64,000 nt of DNA from Thermoplasmata archaeon (GTDB taxonomy: Archaea > Thermoplasmatota > Thermoplasmata > Lutacidiplasmatales > UBA184), in assembly GCA_022750115.1 (NCBI GenBank), contig JAKIWI010000002.1, positions 109,221-173,220 of the forward strand, in the 5' to 3' direction. Under the pieces are notes generated by a model. That model ran no database searches and was not told where the DNA came from. It worked only from the letters and a program-made list of their open reading frames with translations. Made by a program: the position numbers and the translations under genes. Shown one piece after another: positions 35,806-45,314 of this stretch (the first letter of the stretch is position 1; every line of letters starts with the position of its first letter).

Positions 35806-36016
35806 ACCAACCCGAATCCGGCCCTCCGCCCTTCGCGGATTCCCATCTAGTGACCTCCGAGAGCCCCCGTCGGTCGTGGGGTGGGTCTTTGGTGGAAGTC
35901 GCGCTCCCTCGGCGGGTGGCGAATCGGGAGAGACACCGCGTCCGCAGGTCCCGCCGGCGCCCCCCCCCCTCGCCGTTATGGTGATTCAGGTCGTACCTTG
36001 CGCGCGGTCTCCGCCC

Positions 36017-38803
36017 ATGGCTCTAACGTCCCCGAGAGACCCGGCGGCCCGAGATCGGAACTCGGTACGAGGACTCGCCGCCACCTTTTGCTTGGAGGCG
36101 ATCGTCCTGCTGGTCGCCGTGCCCGCGGCCCCCGTGCTTCTCGGGCTCCCGGCCTCGGCGAGCACGCCCCCGCCCCTCCACGTCGCCCGGCTCGCCGAGA
36201 TCGCGACCCAATTGGTCGCCCCGACCCCGGCATCCTTCCACGCGCTGAATCGGCCCGAGACCATCCGCGTGGGTACCGGTCCTCAGGTTCCGGTCGTGGA
36301 CCCGAAGAACGGCTGGGTGTACGTACCGAACCTCTACTCCGATAACGTGTCAGTCCTCAACGGGACCAGCGTCGTGGGGAGCGTCACGCTGAACGAAACC
36401 CCGGTGTCTGCCACTGTGGACTCCTCGAACGGATGGGTCTACATCGCCACGGAGCCGAACCTCACGGGCACAGCCAATCCGCCGTCGTACGTCGTCGTCC
36501 TCAACGGCACCGCTGTCGCGGCGTCCGTTGCGCTCGGGGTCAACGTCACGATTTCCGGAAGCACTTACTCCTCCCGGAACGAGTGCGTGTACGAAGCGGC
36601 GCCATCGAACGACTCGGTCTTCGTCGTCAATGGCACCCAGCTCGTTGCGCAACTACCCACGGGGAACGGCCCAGGTTCTCCCGTGTTCGACCCCGTGAAC
36701 GGGCTCGTGTACGTGCCGAACGCGGGATCTCAAAACGTAACGGCGCTGAATGGATCGGCGCACGATGCCAATGGCCCCAGGGGCTCGGTCGTGGTCGGCA
36801 CCGGACCGGATTCGATCGCGATCGACCCCGCGAACGGGTTCGCCTACGTGGTCAATGAGTACGCGGGACGCAATTTTGGAACGGTCTCGGTAGTGAACGG
36901 TACCACCCTCGTGGCGACGGTCTCATTGGTCAACTACATCTACGGTTACCAACCAAGCCAGGCATTCTGGGACCCCCTCCACGGTGTGCTCTACGTCCTC
37001 TCCGAGGGGAACGGGTACAATTGGGTCGGTGGGGTCGCTGTGATTCGCGGGTCGACGCTTGAGGCCACCGAAGCCCTCGCGCTCCAGGGTTCGACGCCGT
37101 ATCCCACCCAGGCACTCTCCGCGACGTTCGATCCGGCAATCGGAGAATTGTACGTGACGAACGCGACCGGAGGGGCCAACGTCTCCCTGCTCAGCAACAC
37201 GACCATCTTGGGAAACCTGTCGATCGGGGCGGGCCTCCAGGATGGCGCGTACGACCCGGCCGATGGCCTCCTCTACATCCCGGTCGGAGGGCCCGACTCC
37301 ACGAACCTCACCGTCCTCAACGCCTCGGCGATGCCCCCCTCAATCACCGGGTTCACGGCCTCACCTGGTCCGGACCCGCTCGGCACGACAGACGTCTTCC
37401 GGGTGAACGTCAGCGGCCCGGCGGGGGGTCTCATCTACTGGTACTCCGGCGTCTATCCACAGCCGTACTTCAGCTACCAAGAGCCTCTCCCCCCCGGGTG
37501 CGCGAGCGCGAACTCGTCCACGCTCTCGTGTGAGTTCCTCCACCCCCTGGGAGCCTACATACAGGTCCACGTCGTCGCACCGTCGGGGTACAGTGCCACG
37601 GCTGCGGTGTACGTCCGCGTGCTTCCGCTCGGCGTGGCGTCGTTCGTAGCGGCCCCCTCGACGATGGAGATCGGCTCGCCGACCACGGGTGCGCTCAAGT
37701 TCGACGTGAATCTCTCGGACGGGATCGACCCGTTCTCGTACAACTACTGGTCGCTGCCGTTCGGGTGCTCGACGGCGAACGTGTCACCGCTCCCGTGCGA
37801 CCCCAACGCGACGGACCTCGGACGCGACGACTCCTACACGTTCTTCCCCAGTGTGAACGTCACGGACTCCGCCGGGAACTCCGTCGTCGCGTCGACGCAA
37901 GTGGTGGTCTACGCCCCGCTCACGGCCACTGTGGGCGTCTCGGAGCCGGTGGTCGACGTCGGGGAGCCGGACCTGTTCTCGATCGCCCCCGTCGGTGGCT
38001 CGCCGAGCGTCGCCTACTCGTGGCTGTTCGGGGACGGGTCGTCGTCCTCCCTCCAGCAGCCCGGTCACGCCTACGCGTCGACGGGGAACTACACCGTCGA
38101 GATGTGGGCGAACGACTCTCTCGGCGGGACAATCCACCGGACGTTTTCAATCCAGGTCGAGCCCGCCCTCCGGGCAACCCTCACGATCTCCAACTCGAGC
38201 CCCACGATCGGCCAATCGATCCGGATCAACGTGAGCGCGAGCGGCGGATCAGGGACCTACGCGTACGTGTACGCCGGGCTACCCCCCGGCTGCGTCTCGG
38301 TCAACGCCTCGACCATCGGATGCCTGCCGACGCAGGCCGGGACTTACACGCTCGTCGTCAACGCCACGGACGCGAACTCGGGTCTCGCTCAGGCCTCGAC
38401 CACCCTCACCGTCGTGTTCGGCTTCACGGTCGTATCCCCCTCCTCGTCGGTGGTGGGACAGCCGGTCACGATCAGCGTCGACGTCGCCACGGTCCCAGGC
38501 TCGATGCACTACGCCTACACCGGGCTCCCGCCGGGGTGCGAGTCCGCCGACTCCGCCCAAATCACGTGCACGCCGACCAGCCCGGGCCACTACGCCGTTG
38601 CGATCGCGGTGACGAACTCCGTGTACGGGGCCGCTCACAAGACCGTCAACCTGCGGGTCGTGAGCGCGGGCTTGGGGCTGGGGAGCGAGGGCCTCGTCGT
38701 CGTGGTGGCGGTGGGCGTCGCCGTGGCCGCCGCCGTCGGGATCGCCGTCGTACGTCGGCGACGGCGCGGTACCCGGCGCTCCCCCCCCGTGACCTCCCCG
38801 TAG
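36017..38803 (+). CDS. Giant surface glycoprotein: YVTN beta-propeller + PKD + Cys-pair Ig-like (He_PIG-like) modules, C-terminal TM anchor
   Basis: Signal/TM 'LEAIVLLVAVPAAPVLLGL'. Repeated 'G.VYVPN..S.NV(S/T)(V/A)LNG' YVTN units. PKD 'YSWLFGDGSSSSLQQPGHAYASTGNYTVEMWANDSLGG'. 'YAYVYAGLPPGCVSVNASTIGCLP' modules. Tail 'VVVVAVGVAVAAAVGIAVVRRRRRG'. Dense N-x-S/T sequons. The start is ambiguous (ATG 35978 or 36017). Confidence 0.8.
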   Translation: MALTSPRDPAARDRNSVRGLAATFCLEAIVLLVAVPAAPVLLGLPASASTPPPLHVARLAEIATQLVAPTPASFHALNRPETIRVGTGPQVPVVDPKNGWVYVPNLYSDNVSVLNGTSVVGSVTLNETPVSATVDSSNGWVYIATEPNLTGTANPPSYVVVLNGTAVAASVALGVNVTISGSTYSSRNECVYEAAPSNDSVFVVNGTQLVAQLPTGNGPGSPVFDPVNGLVYVPNAGSQNVTALNGSAHDANGPRGSVVVGTGPDSIAIDPANGFAYVVNEYAGRNFGTVSVVNGTTLVATVSLVNYIYGYQPSQAFWDPLHGVLYVLSEGNGYNWVGGVAVIRGSTLEATEALALQGSTPYPTQALSATFDPAIGELYVTNATGGANVSLLSNTTILGNLSIGAGLQDGAYDPADGLLYIPVGGPDSTNLTVLNASAMPPSITGFTASPGPDPLGTTDVFRVNVSGPAGGLIYWYSGVYPQPYFSYQEPLPPGCASANSSTLSCEFLHPLGAYIQVHVVAPSGYSATAAVYVRVLPLGVASFVAAPSTMEIGSPTTGALKFDVNLSDGIDPFSYNYWSLPFGCSTANVSPLPCDPNATDLGRDDSYTFFPSVNVTDSAGNSVVASTQVVVYAPLTATVGVSEPVVDVGEPDLFSIAPVGGSPSVAYSWLFGDGSSSSLQQPGHAYASTGNYTVEMWANDSLGGTIHRTFSIQVEPALRATLTISNSSPTIGQSIRINVSASGGSGTYAYVYAGLPPGCVSVNASTIGCLPTQAGTYTLVVNATDANSGLAQASTTLTVVFGFTVVSPSSSVVGQPVTISVDVATVPGSMHYAYTGLPPGCESADSAQITCTPTSPGHYAVAIAVTNSVYGAAHKTVNLRVVSAGLGLGSEGLVVVVAVGVAVAAAVGIAVVRRRRRGTRRSPPVTSP

Positions 38804-38940
38804 GCTCCCCGCCCGAGGTTCCGCGCCCGAGACGGCGGGGCGTGCGGCCGCGGACGAGTACGTGTCGAACCGGCCCGGCTCGAGCGGCGCGTTTCCCGAC
38901 TCGCCGTTCGGTGAGCGAGCGCGGCTTCGACCCGGGACGC

Positions 38941-39030
38941 AAGTCACCCCCCACAGGGCCGCCGGAGGTCGGTGGGAGAGACTCCGCAAGGGGCGGACGG
39001 CCGGCTTCGGGTTGGTGCGGGGGCACCCCC
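38941..39030 (+). repeat. Intergenic element copy E1 (decayed; TTTAAC core lost)
   Basis: AAGTCACC...GGCCG(C/T)CGGAGGTC...GAGACTCCGC(A/G)AGGG...GTTGGTGCGGGGG(C/T)(A/G)CCCC is collinear with 48604..48686. Confidence 0.65.
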
Positions 39031-39712
39031 ATCGCGAACCTAACCTCAAGTGGCCTCCGTCAAGCACTCCGCCGGCAGCCCGCTCCCCCCGTGACTCGGC
39101 TCGATGGGCGATATCGAGAATCTGCTGGGCGTGGCGACCCGCGATCGCATCCCGACCCGGAGCTGAGGAACCGGAAGGGGCGGAGGTCGGTGGGTGCGGA
39201 CAACTCGATCGCCATCGAGATCGACGGCAACGTTGCGGAGGGGAAGGGGCGGTCCGACCCGGACGGCTCGACGCGATGCGCGCGATCGACGTGCTCGAGG
39301 CCGCGAACGAGCGGAGGTGGAGCGCGCCTCCGACCCCGGCGCCTCGGCGTTTTTCCGCTGAGCTGTTCAGCGGATCCCGCGGAGGGTCCACCGAGCGCCC
39401 CCCGCCTCGCTCAGGGCCAGATGGTACGTTGATTGCCGACGGGGCGACCTGTGACGGCGGGTCCATGCTCCGGAGGGGTCATTCGGAGTTAGGGTTGGTT
39501 CTGTCCCTCGGCCTCCTCGTCGCATTGCCCGTGGAGGCCGCCCGTCACGCATCCCGCAGACGGTGCTCGCTCGGATCGGGGAGGGCCTTCCGGTTGGGCA
39601 GCCCGACGGAGCTCCGGATTCACGCTTCGCGCCCGGGCCAAAGTGGCCGTCGAACGGCTCCACTCTCAGCCCGACCTCCGTTCGCGGGGCGGGGTCGGCT
39701 CCGTGCCTCACG

Positions 39713-42700
39713 TCAGTTCGGCGACTGCCCGAACGTCGTAAAGGCGTAAAGATAGCCGTCTTCGGCACCCACGAAGACCGTCCCATCAACGACAGTAGGG
39801 GCGCTGGCGAGGCCAGCGGTGGTGCGGTAATCCCAGAGGGTCACGTTGGAATAGGTACGGGCCGCCCCAACTGACCCCGCGGCCGTCTCGAATAGGACGA
39901 CCCCGTCCAAGGCCGAAACGCCGACGATGGGCGATCCCACCGTGACCAGGAAGTTCAACGACCCGTTCGTGGCATTGATGGCGTACAAGTTCCCGTTGAG
40001 CGACCCCACCAGGAGCTCCAGGGACGAGCCACCCGGGGTGCCGCGATTCGAGAGCGCGGCGTCGGACACGACGCCGCCACCAGTGCGGTAGGTCCACAGC
40101 TTCCCTCCCGTGGACTCCTGGAGACAGGTGACGTTTCCGCCGGCGGATACGACGTAGACCTTCGACGCCGATACCATCGGCGATGCTTCGATCGGACTTC
40201 CGGCCGCGTACGTCCAATTGTGGGCGCCCGTGGTCGAATTCATCGCCACCAGGTCCCCGTTCATCTCCCCGACCAGCAGCAGGTGGTGGGACACGTCGAG
40301 CGCCACGGTCGCTCTCACCGGGCTCGTCACGACCGTGACCCACGAACGGGTCCCGTTGGATTCCCGCAGCGCGGCGATGGTTCTGTTTCCCGAGGCGACG
40401 TAGACCTCGCCGCCTCCGAACATGGGATCCGTCAACGTGCCTCCTACCGAGGCGTTCCAGACGAGGGTCCCATTCCTGGTCGATATCGCGTAGACGATTC
40501 CGTCGTTCGCGGCCACGAAGACCAGGCTCTGGGCGGAGTCCACGGCCGGAGAGCCGTTGATCGACGCGCCGGAGGGGTCGGTCCAGTGCCAGAGCATTCC
40601 GCCGTTGTGAATGTCGACGGCGAACACGTCGCCGGCGGTGTCCGCGACGTACGCGACGCCGTCCACAACCGCGGGCGAGGCGCGAACGGCAAATCCTGCG
40701 TCGAAGTGCCACGCGAGATACATCCAGTCCGGGCCCCCGGGGTAGACATGGTTCTTCAAGGTCACATCGTTCGGCTCGAACCCGAGATGGCCGGCCCCGT
40801 AGCCCGATTGGGCCCAGCTGTTCGAGATCACGATCGCGGCCGTCGCGACCCGTCCGGAGATGACCCCCGTCGCGACCAGGGACGTCCGGCCGAGGGACGC
40901 CCGCGAGGGAACGTGGACCGAGAACGCCGGGAGGTAGCCGGTAGCGGTCGTGCGCCCCGTCGCCAACGTCGAGCCCAACAGGCTGACCGTCACGTTCTCC
41001 GTGCGCCCAAACCCGCCGCCGAGTACCGTCGCTGAGGCACCGGGAGCGAGGTACATCGAGGTCGTTCGGAGGCGCGGGCCGGTGGTCGTGAAGTTGACGG
41101 AGAATCCGGACGACGCGCCGACGAGGTCGGACTGTCCCGACCGAGACGTGGCGTACACCGTGACCTCGTAGGTCCCACCCGCGGCCGAAGCCGGAAACGT
41201 GTACGACCAGGACGCCGAGGTCCGGTTCGCCGACACGTTGACCGTCGCCGCGCCGGCCATCGGCCCGGGCGTCCAAGCCCCCGTCGCCTGGTCCCACCAG
41301 GGCCCTCCCGTTCCGCTCGATTGGACCGCGACGACAACGCCGGCCAAACCGTTGGGATCGTTCGCGGTGCCGGTGACGGTCTCGTTTCCATTCGGATTGG
41401 CGAGCGTCGCCCCGTCCCGGGGCGATGAGATCGTCGTCGTGGGGAGCGTGGCATCGTTCCCGCCCCCGACCGCGAAATCGTAGAGGAACCCATCCGAGGA
41501 GGAGATCAGCAGATTGCCGGCGGTCGCCGCGGGGGACGCGGTGACGTACCCGCCGGTCTGGTAGTGGTAGAGCTGCGTCCCGTTCGCCAGAGACACGACA
41601 TCAAACCCGCCACCGAGATCGCCGACCGCTGCGATCTCGTGCCCAGCGGAGCCGACGATCGCCGGCGAGGAGATCGCCTCGGTGCGGGTCGTGTCGTTGT
41701 ATTGCCAGACCACGGCCCCCGTGGTCGCGTTCAGGTCGAACAAGCCCCCCTTGAATCCGAAGACGAGGTTCCGGCCGTCGAGGGCAGCCGTGGACCGGCC
41801 CCCGCCGGTGACGCCGGCGAGTTGATTGAAATTGACGCTCCAGATCGGCGTGCCATTCGAAAGGTCGAGGGCGTAGAGGATCCCGTACTTGCTGGGTACG
41901 TAGGCCACTCCGTCGGCGATCCCGAGGGAGCCGGGCGACGACACCGTGACCCCGGCCCCGATGTCATAGACCCCCGGCGACGGATTGTAGGATTGGAAGC
42001 GCCAGACCTCGGCCCCGGTGCGGGCATCGAGCGCGTACACTCCCGAATCCGTGTCGGAGGTGCCGAAGAGAACGAGGGGCACTCCCGTCACGTTCACCGC
42101 GGTCGCCACCGGGTCCCAACTTCCAGCGGGGTGGCGGTAGCCCGTAAACTCCCACACGATGGCACAATTGGCCACGTTGACAGCCAGGAGCGGACCGGCC
42201 AGTGTGGACGTGTCCGTAGTGCCGACGAACGCCGTCGCGTTCCCGTTCGTCAGGTGCCAAATGCTGGGGGATCCCTCGATCGGAAGCGGAGAAACGGCCG
42301 AGCAGTCGATCGCGCCGGTGCTCGCGTTCAGCTTGAAGAGCGCCGGATTCACGTCGGTGCCAACGAAGACGGCACCGTTCGCGAGCGCGGGAGTCGCGCG
42401 GATTGGAGAGCCGAGCCACGTCCCCCAGGCAATCTGCCCGTTCGCCACGTCGATGGCGAGGACGTTGCCACTTTCCGTGCCGATGTAGGCCAGGGTCTCG
42501 CCGAGCGCCGCGTCGTAGCCGACGACCGGCGAGTCGAGGGCCGCCCCGTAGAGGTCCGCGGCCCACGCCACGCCCAGTTGAGAGGCGTTCTTCGCGGAGA
42601 GAGTACCTCCGCTCTCGGCACCGGTGAGCCGGGAGTTCCGGTGGAACTCGGGCCAGTCGAACGACGAGCTTGCCACCGATCGGAGATGTACGTCGGCTCT

Positions 42701-42919
42701 CGGCAGGAGTCCCGACGAGCCCGCGCCGGTCCAGCCCGCACCGGGAGGGGCGCCCTCCGGGCCACGGGGGGCCGCCGCGGGTGCCGGGAGGAGCGCATGC
42801 GTCGTCGTTCCCCCGAACGCTCCCGCGGGAAGCAGCAGCATCACGAGGGCGCCGGCCACGCCGACGGCGGTAGCGAGCCTTCGTGACCTACGGGACTGAC
42901 GGGCGTTCGGCCGGGACAT
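39713..42919 (-). CDS. Secreted PQQ-like (BamB-type) tandem beta-propeller protein with Ig-like inserts
   Basis: Signal 'RRLATAVGVAGALVMLLLPAGAFG'. Many 'G(T/Q)..W.....G.....SPA...G.V(Y/F)V.(S/T).DG.(L/V)YA(L/I/F)' PQQ-type blades. Start at the internal ATG (complement of 42917-42919). Confidence 0.8.
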   Translation of the reverse strand: MSRPNARQSRRSRRLATAVGVAGALVMLLLPAGAFGGTTTHALLPAPAAAPRGPEGAPPGAGWTGAGSSGLLPRADVHLRSVASSSFDWPEFHRNSRLTGAESGGTLSAKNASQLGVAWAADLYGAALDSPVVGYDAALGETLAYIGTESGNVLAIDVANGQIAWGTWLGSPIRATPALANGAVFVGTDVNPALFKLNASTGAIDCSAVSPLPIEGSPSIWHLTNGNATAFVGTTDTSTLAGPLLAVNVANCAIVWEFTGYRHPAGSWDPVATAVNVTGVPLVLFGTSDTDSGVYALDARTGAEVWRFQSYNPSPGVYDIGAGVTVSSPGSLGIADGVAYVPSKYGILYALDLSNGTPIWSVNFNQLAGVTGGGRSTAALDGRNLVFGFKGGLFDLNATTGAVVWQYNDTTRTEAISSPAIVGSAGHEIAAVGDLGGGFDVVSLANGTQLYHYQTGGYVTASPAATAGNLLISSSDGFLYDFAVGGGNDATLPTTTISSPRDGATLANPNGNETVTGTANDPNGLAGVVVAVQSSGTGGPWWDQATGAWTPGPMAGAATVNVSANRTSASWSYTFPASAAGGTYEVTVYATSRSGQSDLVGASSGFSVNFTTTGPRLRTTSMYLAPGASATVLGGGFGRTENVTVSLLGSTLATGRTTATGYLPAFSVHVPSRASLGRTSLVATGVISGRVATAAIVISNSWAQSGYGAGHLGFEPNDVTLKNHVYPGGPDWMYLAWHFDAGFAVRASPAVVDGVAYVADTAGDVFAVDIHNGGMLWHWTDPSGASINGSPAVDSAQSLVFVAANDGIVYAISTRNGTLVWNASVGGTLTDPMFGGGEVYVASGNRTIAALRESNGTRSWVTVVTSPVRATVALDVSHHLLLVGEMNGDLVAMNSTTGAHNWTYAAGSPIEASPMVSASKVYVVSAGGNVTCLQESTGGKLWTYRTGGGVVSDAALSNRGTPGGSSLELLVGSLNGNLYAINATNGSLNFLVTVGSPIVGVSALDGVVLFETAAGSVGAARTYSNVTLWDYRTTAGLASAPTVVDGTVFVGAEDGYLYAFTTFGQSPN

Positions 42920-43295
42920 CCGGCGGGCGGAGCGGAGGAGCGGGTTATCATGCCATCCATCGCCGAATCCGCTCCCGGAGGCGTCTCGGTGGCGATGGGT
43001 CGGTGCGAATCGGCCCCACGTGGAATGCGCCGCCTCGGCCGCCGGCGGCCCCACCGAGGAGCACTCTGACGGTGCGTCGGGTCGCACACGGTCGGGGCCG
43101 CGCTGGCCCCGTCGAGCGCACGTCCTGACGAGTCAGCGCCGAAGGGTCGAACCCGCGCGGCGGCCGGAGCCGCCGCATCCTCGGGTTCGGAGGGAACGGG
43201 CACGGTCGATCCGTGGGGAAACCTCGTCGCCAAGTTCTGTACCCGCGTGAGAACCGGCCGCTCTCGTGGCTCTTAAATAGCCGGCACCGCGGACG

Positions 43296-45314
43296 ATGGG
43301 CCCTTGTCGCCCGCGGACTTCGCCGAAGCGTTCGACGGCGGCTCGCGCGTACGTCCGCGGCCGGACCCGCACCGAGCGGATCCCCGGGGTCGATAGCCGT
43401 CGTCGCGCCATGCTCGGATGGAGTCATTGGCCGTGGGGACTCGCCGCCCTCCTCACGGTAATCGGGGGCGTCCTCGGGTGGGGCGTGATCCGGTTGCACC
43501 GCTCGCTCGACCGAGGTCACCGTCTGCCTCCGCTCTCGGAGGCGACGTACTCGGTGTTTTCGGGCGTGAGAGCCGAGGCCCCTTCCGGCTTTCGAGGATT
43601 CGCTTGGAAGTTTACGACCACGTTCGTCCTCCTTGGTTCCGCCCTGCTCCTGGTCGGCCCGTGGCTCTTCGCCGGGTTCGGTTCGCTCGAACAGTGGCTC
43701 GCGGCGATCGCTCTGTGGCCCCGACCGGCGGCGCTCGATATTCAGCCCGACTACGTGTTCCTCCTGTTCGTCGCGCTCTTCGCGACTCTCGCGACCGTCG
43801 TCGGCCTCGAATTCGATGCCGTTCGTTGCACGCCGAACGAGCGGACCCGTCCGGTCGCCTACCTCGGATTGTACATCTTGGCCGCGGCGGCGATTGACGT
43901 TGCGCTCGGGTTCGCTCAGTGGCCGTTCGCCTACGGCCTGATCCCTCGTTCGCTCCTCGGGGGGGAGTTCTACACCCTTGCCCTCTTCCGACTCGCGAGC
44001 CGGCCCCGCCCGATCGTGATCGTGACCGAACGCCGGGACCCGGCGACGAAGTTCACGTTCGCGCTTTGCCTCGGGGTGAGCATCCTCGCCGCCGTGGCCG
44101 TGATCGTGCTCCTCTACCCAGTTTGGCTCGCGACCGGTAACGCCGTCGTCCGGGTCTCCTTCCTCCTCCTCATCCCCTCGCTTTCGGTCGTCTTCTTCGG
44201 CGCGTTCGGGCTTCTGCTCTACCTTCGAAGTGAAGGGAGGGAGGCTCGCCTCCGCCCGTCGGTCGCGGACTTCCATCCCGCGGTCTCGATCATCATCCCG
44301 GCGTACAACGAGGCCCCGACGATCGCCGAAACGCTCGCCCGGGTCGACGCGGCCGCCGCCGAGTACCCCGGGTCGGTCGAGGTCATCGTCGGAAACGACG
44401 GATCCTCGGACCGAACTTCGGAGGTCGCCCGAGTGGCGATGCAGGTGTTCCGTCACTCGACCGGTCGGTGCCTCGACCTCGCGCACGGCGGGAAATCGAG
44501 TGCGCTGAACGGGGCGCTTCTCGCGGCGAAGGGCGAGGTCGTCCTTCGGATCGACGCCGACACACCGGTGGTCCGGTTCGCCTCGATCATCCCATACTTT
44601 CACGACCGGGACATGGGGGAGGTCCAGGGTCGGATCCTCCCCGTTCGACGGACGGGATGGATCGCCCGATTCCGGCTCATGGAGGTGATGTGGAACCACG
44701 CGTTCTTCCGACGGGCCCTCCTGATCACCGGCGCCGTCCAGGTCCTCTCGGGGAACTTCTGCGCGTTCCGGCGGGACCGGTTGCTGGCCGCAGGCGGCTG
44801 GGTCCCCTGGAACGGGGAGGACGCGGAGATCTCGATTCGCTTCCTTCGGCTCGGTTACAAGCTCCGGATGGACCTGGACTCCCTCGCCTACGAGGATACG
44901 CCGGACACGGTGGGCCACTGGCTCAAGCAGCGGATTCGCTGGAATCGGGGAGGCTTTTTCTCGCATGCGTATCACTACGGGGCCCTGTTCGGCGGGCTCG
45001 AGTGCGGCGCGGCCTCGATCTACTGGTGGCTCTGGCTCGCGGCCCGGAGCGCCCGGAAGTACCTTGTCCTCGTGTTCGCCCTCGCCCTCTCGTTGGCCGT
45101 GCTCCCGTTCGACATCTTCCGCGTACTGGTCCTGATGGGTCTGATGTTCTTGCCCCGGGCGATCGTCATCGCCGCCTTCCTCGCCCGGTGGGGCTTCCTC
45201 CGGCAGGTGGGTTGGGCTCTCGCGTGGCCCGTTCTCTGGGTGTTCCGGTCCTACTTCTATCTCGAGTCGCTCGGCACGATCCTGCCGGGAAACGCGCCGG
45301 AGTTCTCCGATTGA
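43296..45314 (+). CDS. Processive family-2 glycosyltransferase (polysaccharide synthase) with N- and C-terminal TM bundles
   Basis: 'VSIIIPAYNEAPTI', 'VGNDGSSDRT', 'RIDADT', 'FCAFRRDRLLAAGGW', 'EDAEISIR', and 'QRIRWNRG' (the QxxRW processivity motif). ATG 43410 is an alternative start. Confidence 0.85.
   Translation: MGPCRPRTSPKRSTAARAYVRGRTRTERIPGVDSRRRAMLGWSHWPWGLAALLTVIGGVLGWGVIRLHRSLDRGHRLPPLSEATYSVFSGVRAEAPSGFRGFAWKFTTTFVLLGSALLLVGPWLFAGFGSLEQWLAAIALWPRPAALDIQPDYVFLLFVALFATLATVVGLEFDAVRCTPNERTRPVAYLGLYILAAAAIDVALGFAQWPFAYGLIPRSLLGGEFYTLALFRLASRPRPIVIVTERRDPATKFTFALCLGVSILAAVAVIVLLYPVWLATGNAVVRVSFLLLIPSLSVVFFGAFGLLLYLRSEGREARLRPSVADFHPAVSIIIPAYNEAPTIAETLARVDAAAAEYPGSVEVIVGNDGSSDRTSEVARVAMQVFRHSTGRCLDLAHGGKSSALNGALLAAKGEVVLRIDADTPVVRFASIIPYFHDRDMGEVQGRILPVRRTGWIARFRLMEVMWNHAFFRRALLITGAVQVLSGNFCAFRRDRLLAAGGWVPWNGEDAEISIRFLRLGYKLRMDLDSLAYEDTPDTVGHWLKQRIRWNRGGFFSHAYHYGALFGGLECGAASIYWWLWLAARSARKYLVLVFALALSLAVLPFDIFRVLVLMGLMFLPRAIVIAAFLARWGFLRQVGWALAWPVLWVFRSYFYLESLGTILPGNAPEFSD

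Noticed and set aside
38862-39749. 295-aa plus-strand ORF, together with the overlapping minus-strand ORFs 38279..39466 and 39367..39789, in the gap between the two giant genes.
   Set aside because: They have no recognisable motif, signal or TM pattern, and their composition looks like out-of-frame GC-rich sequence. The region is treated as non-coding or degraded.
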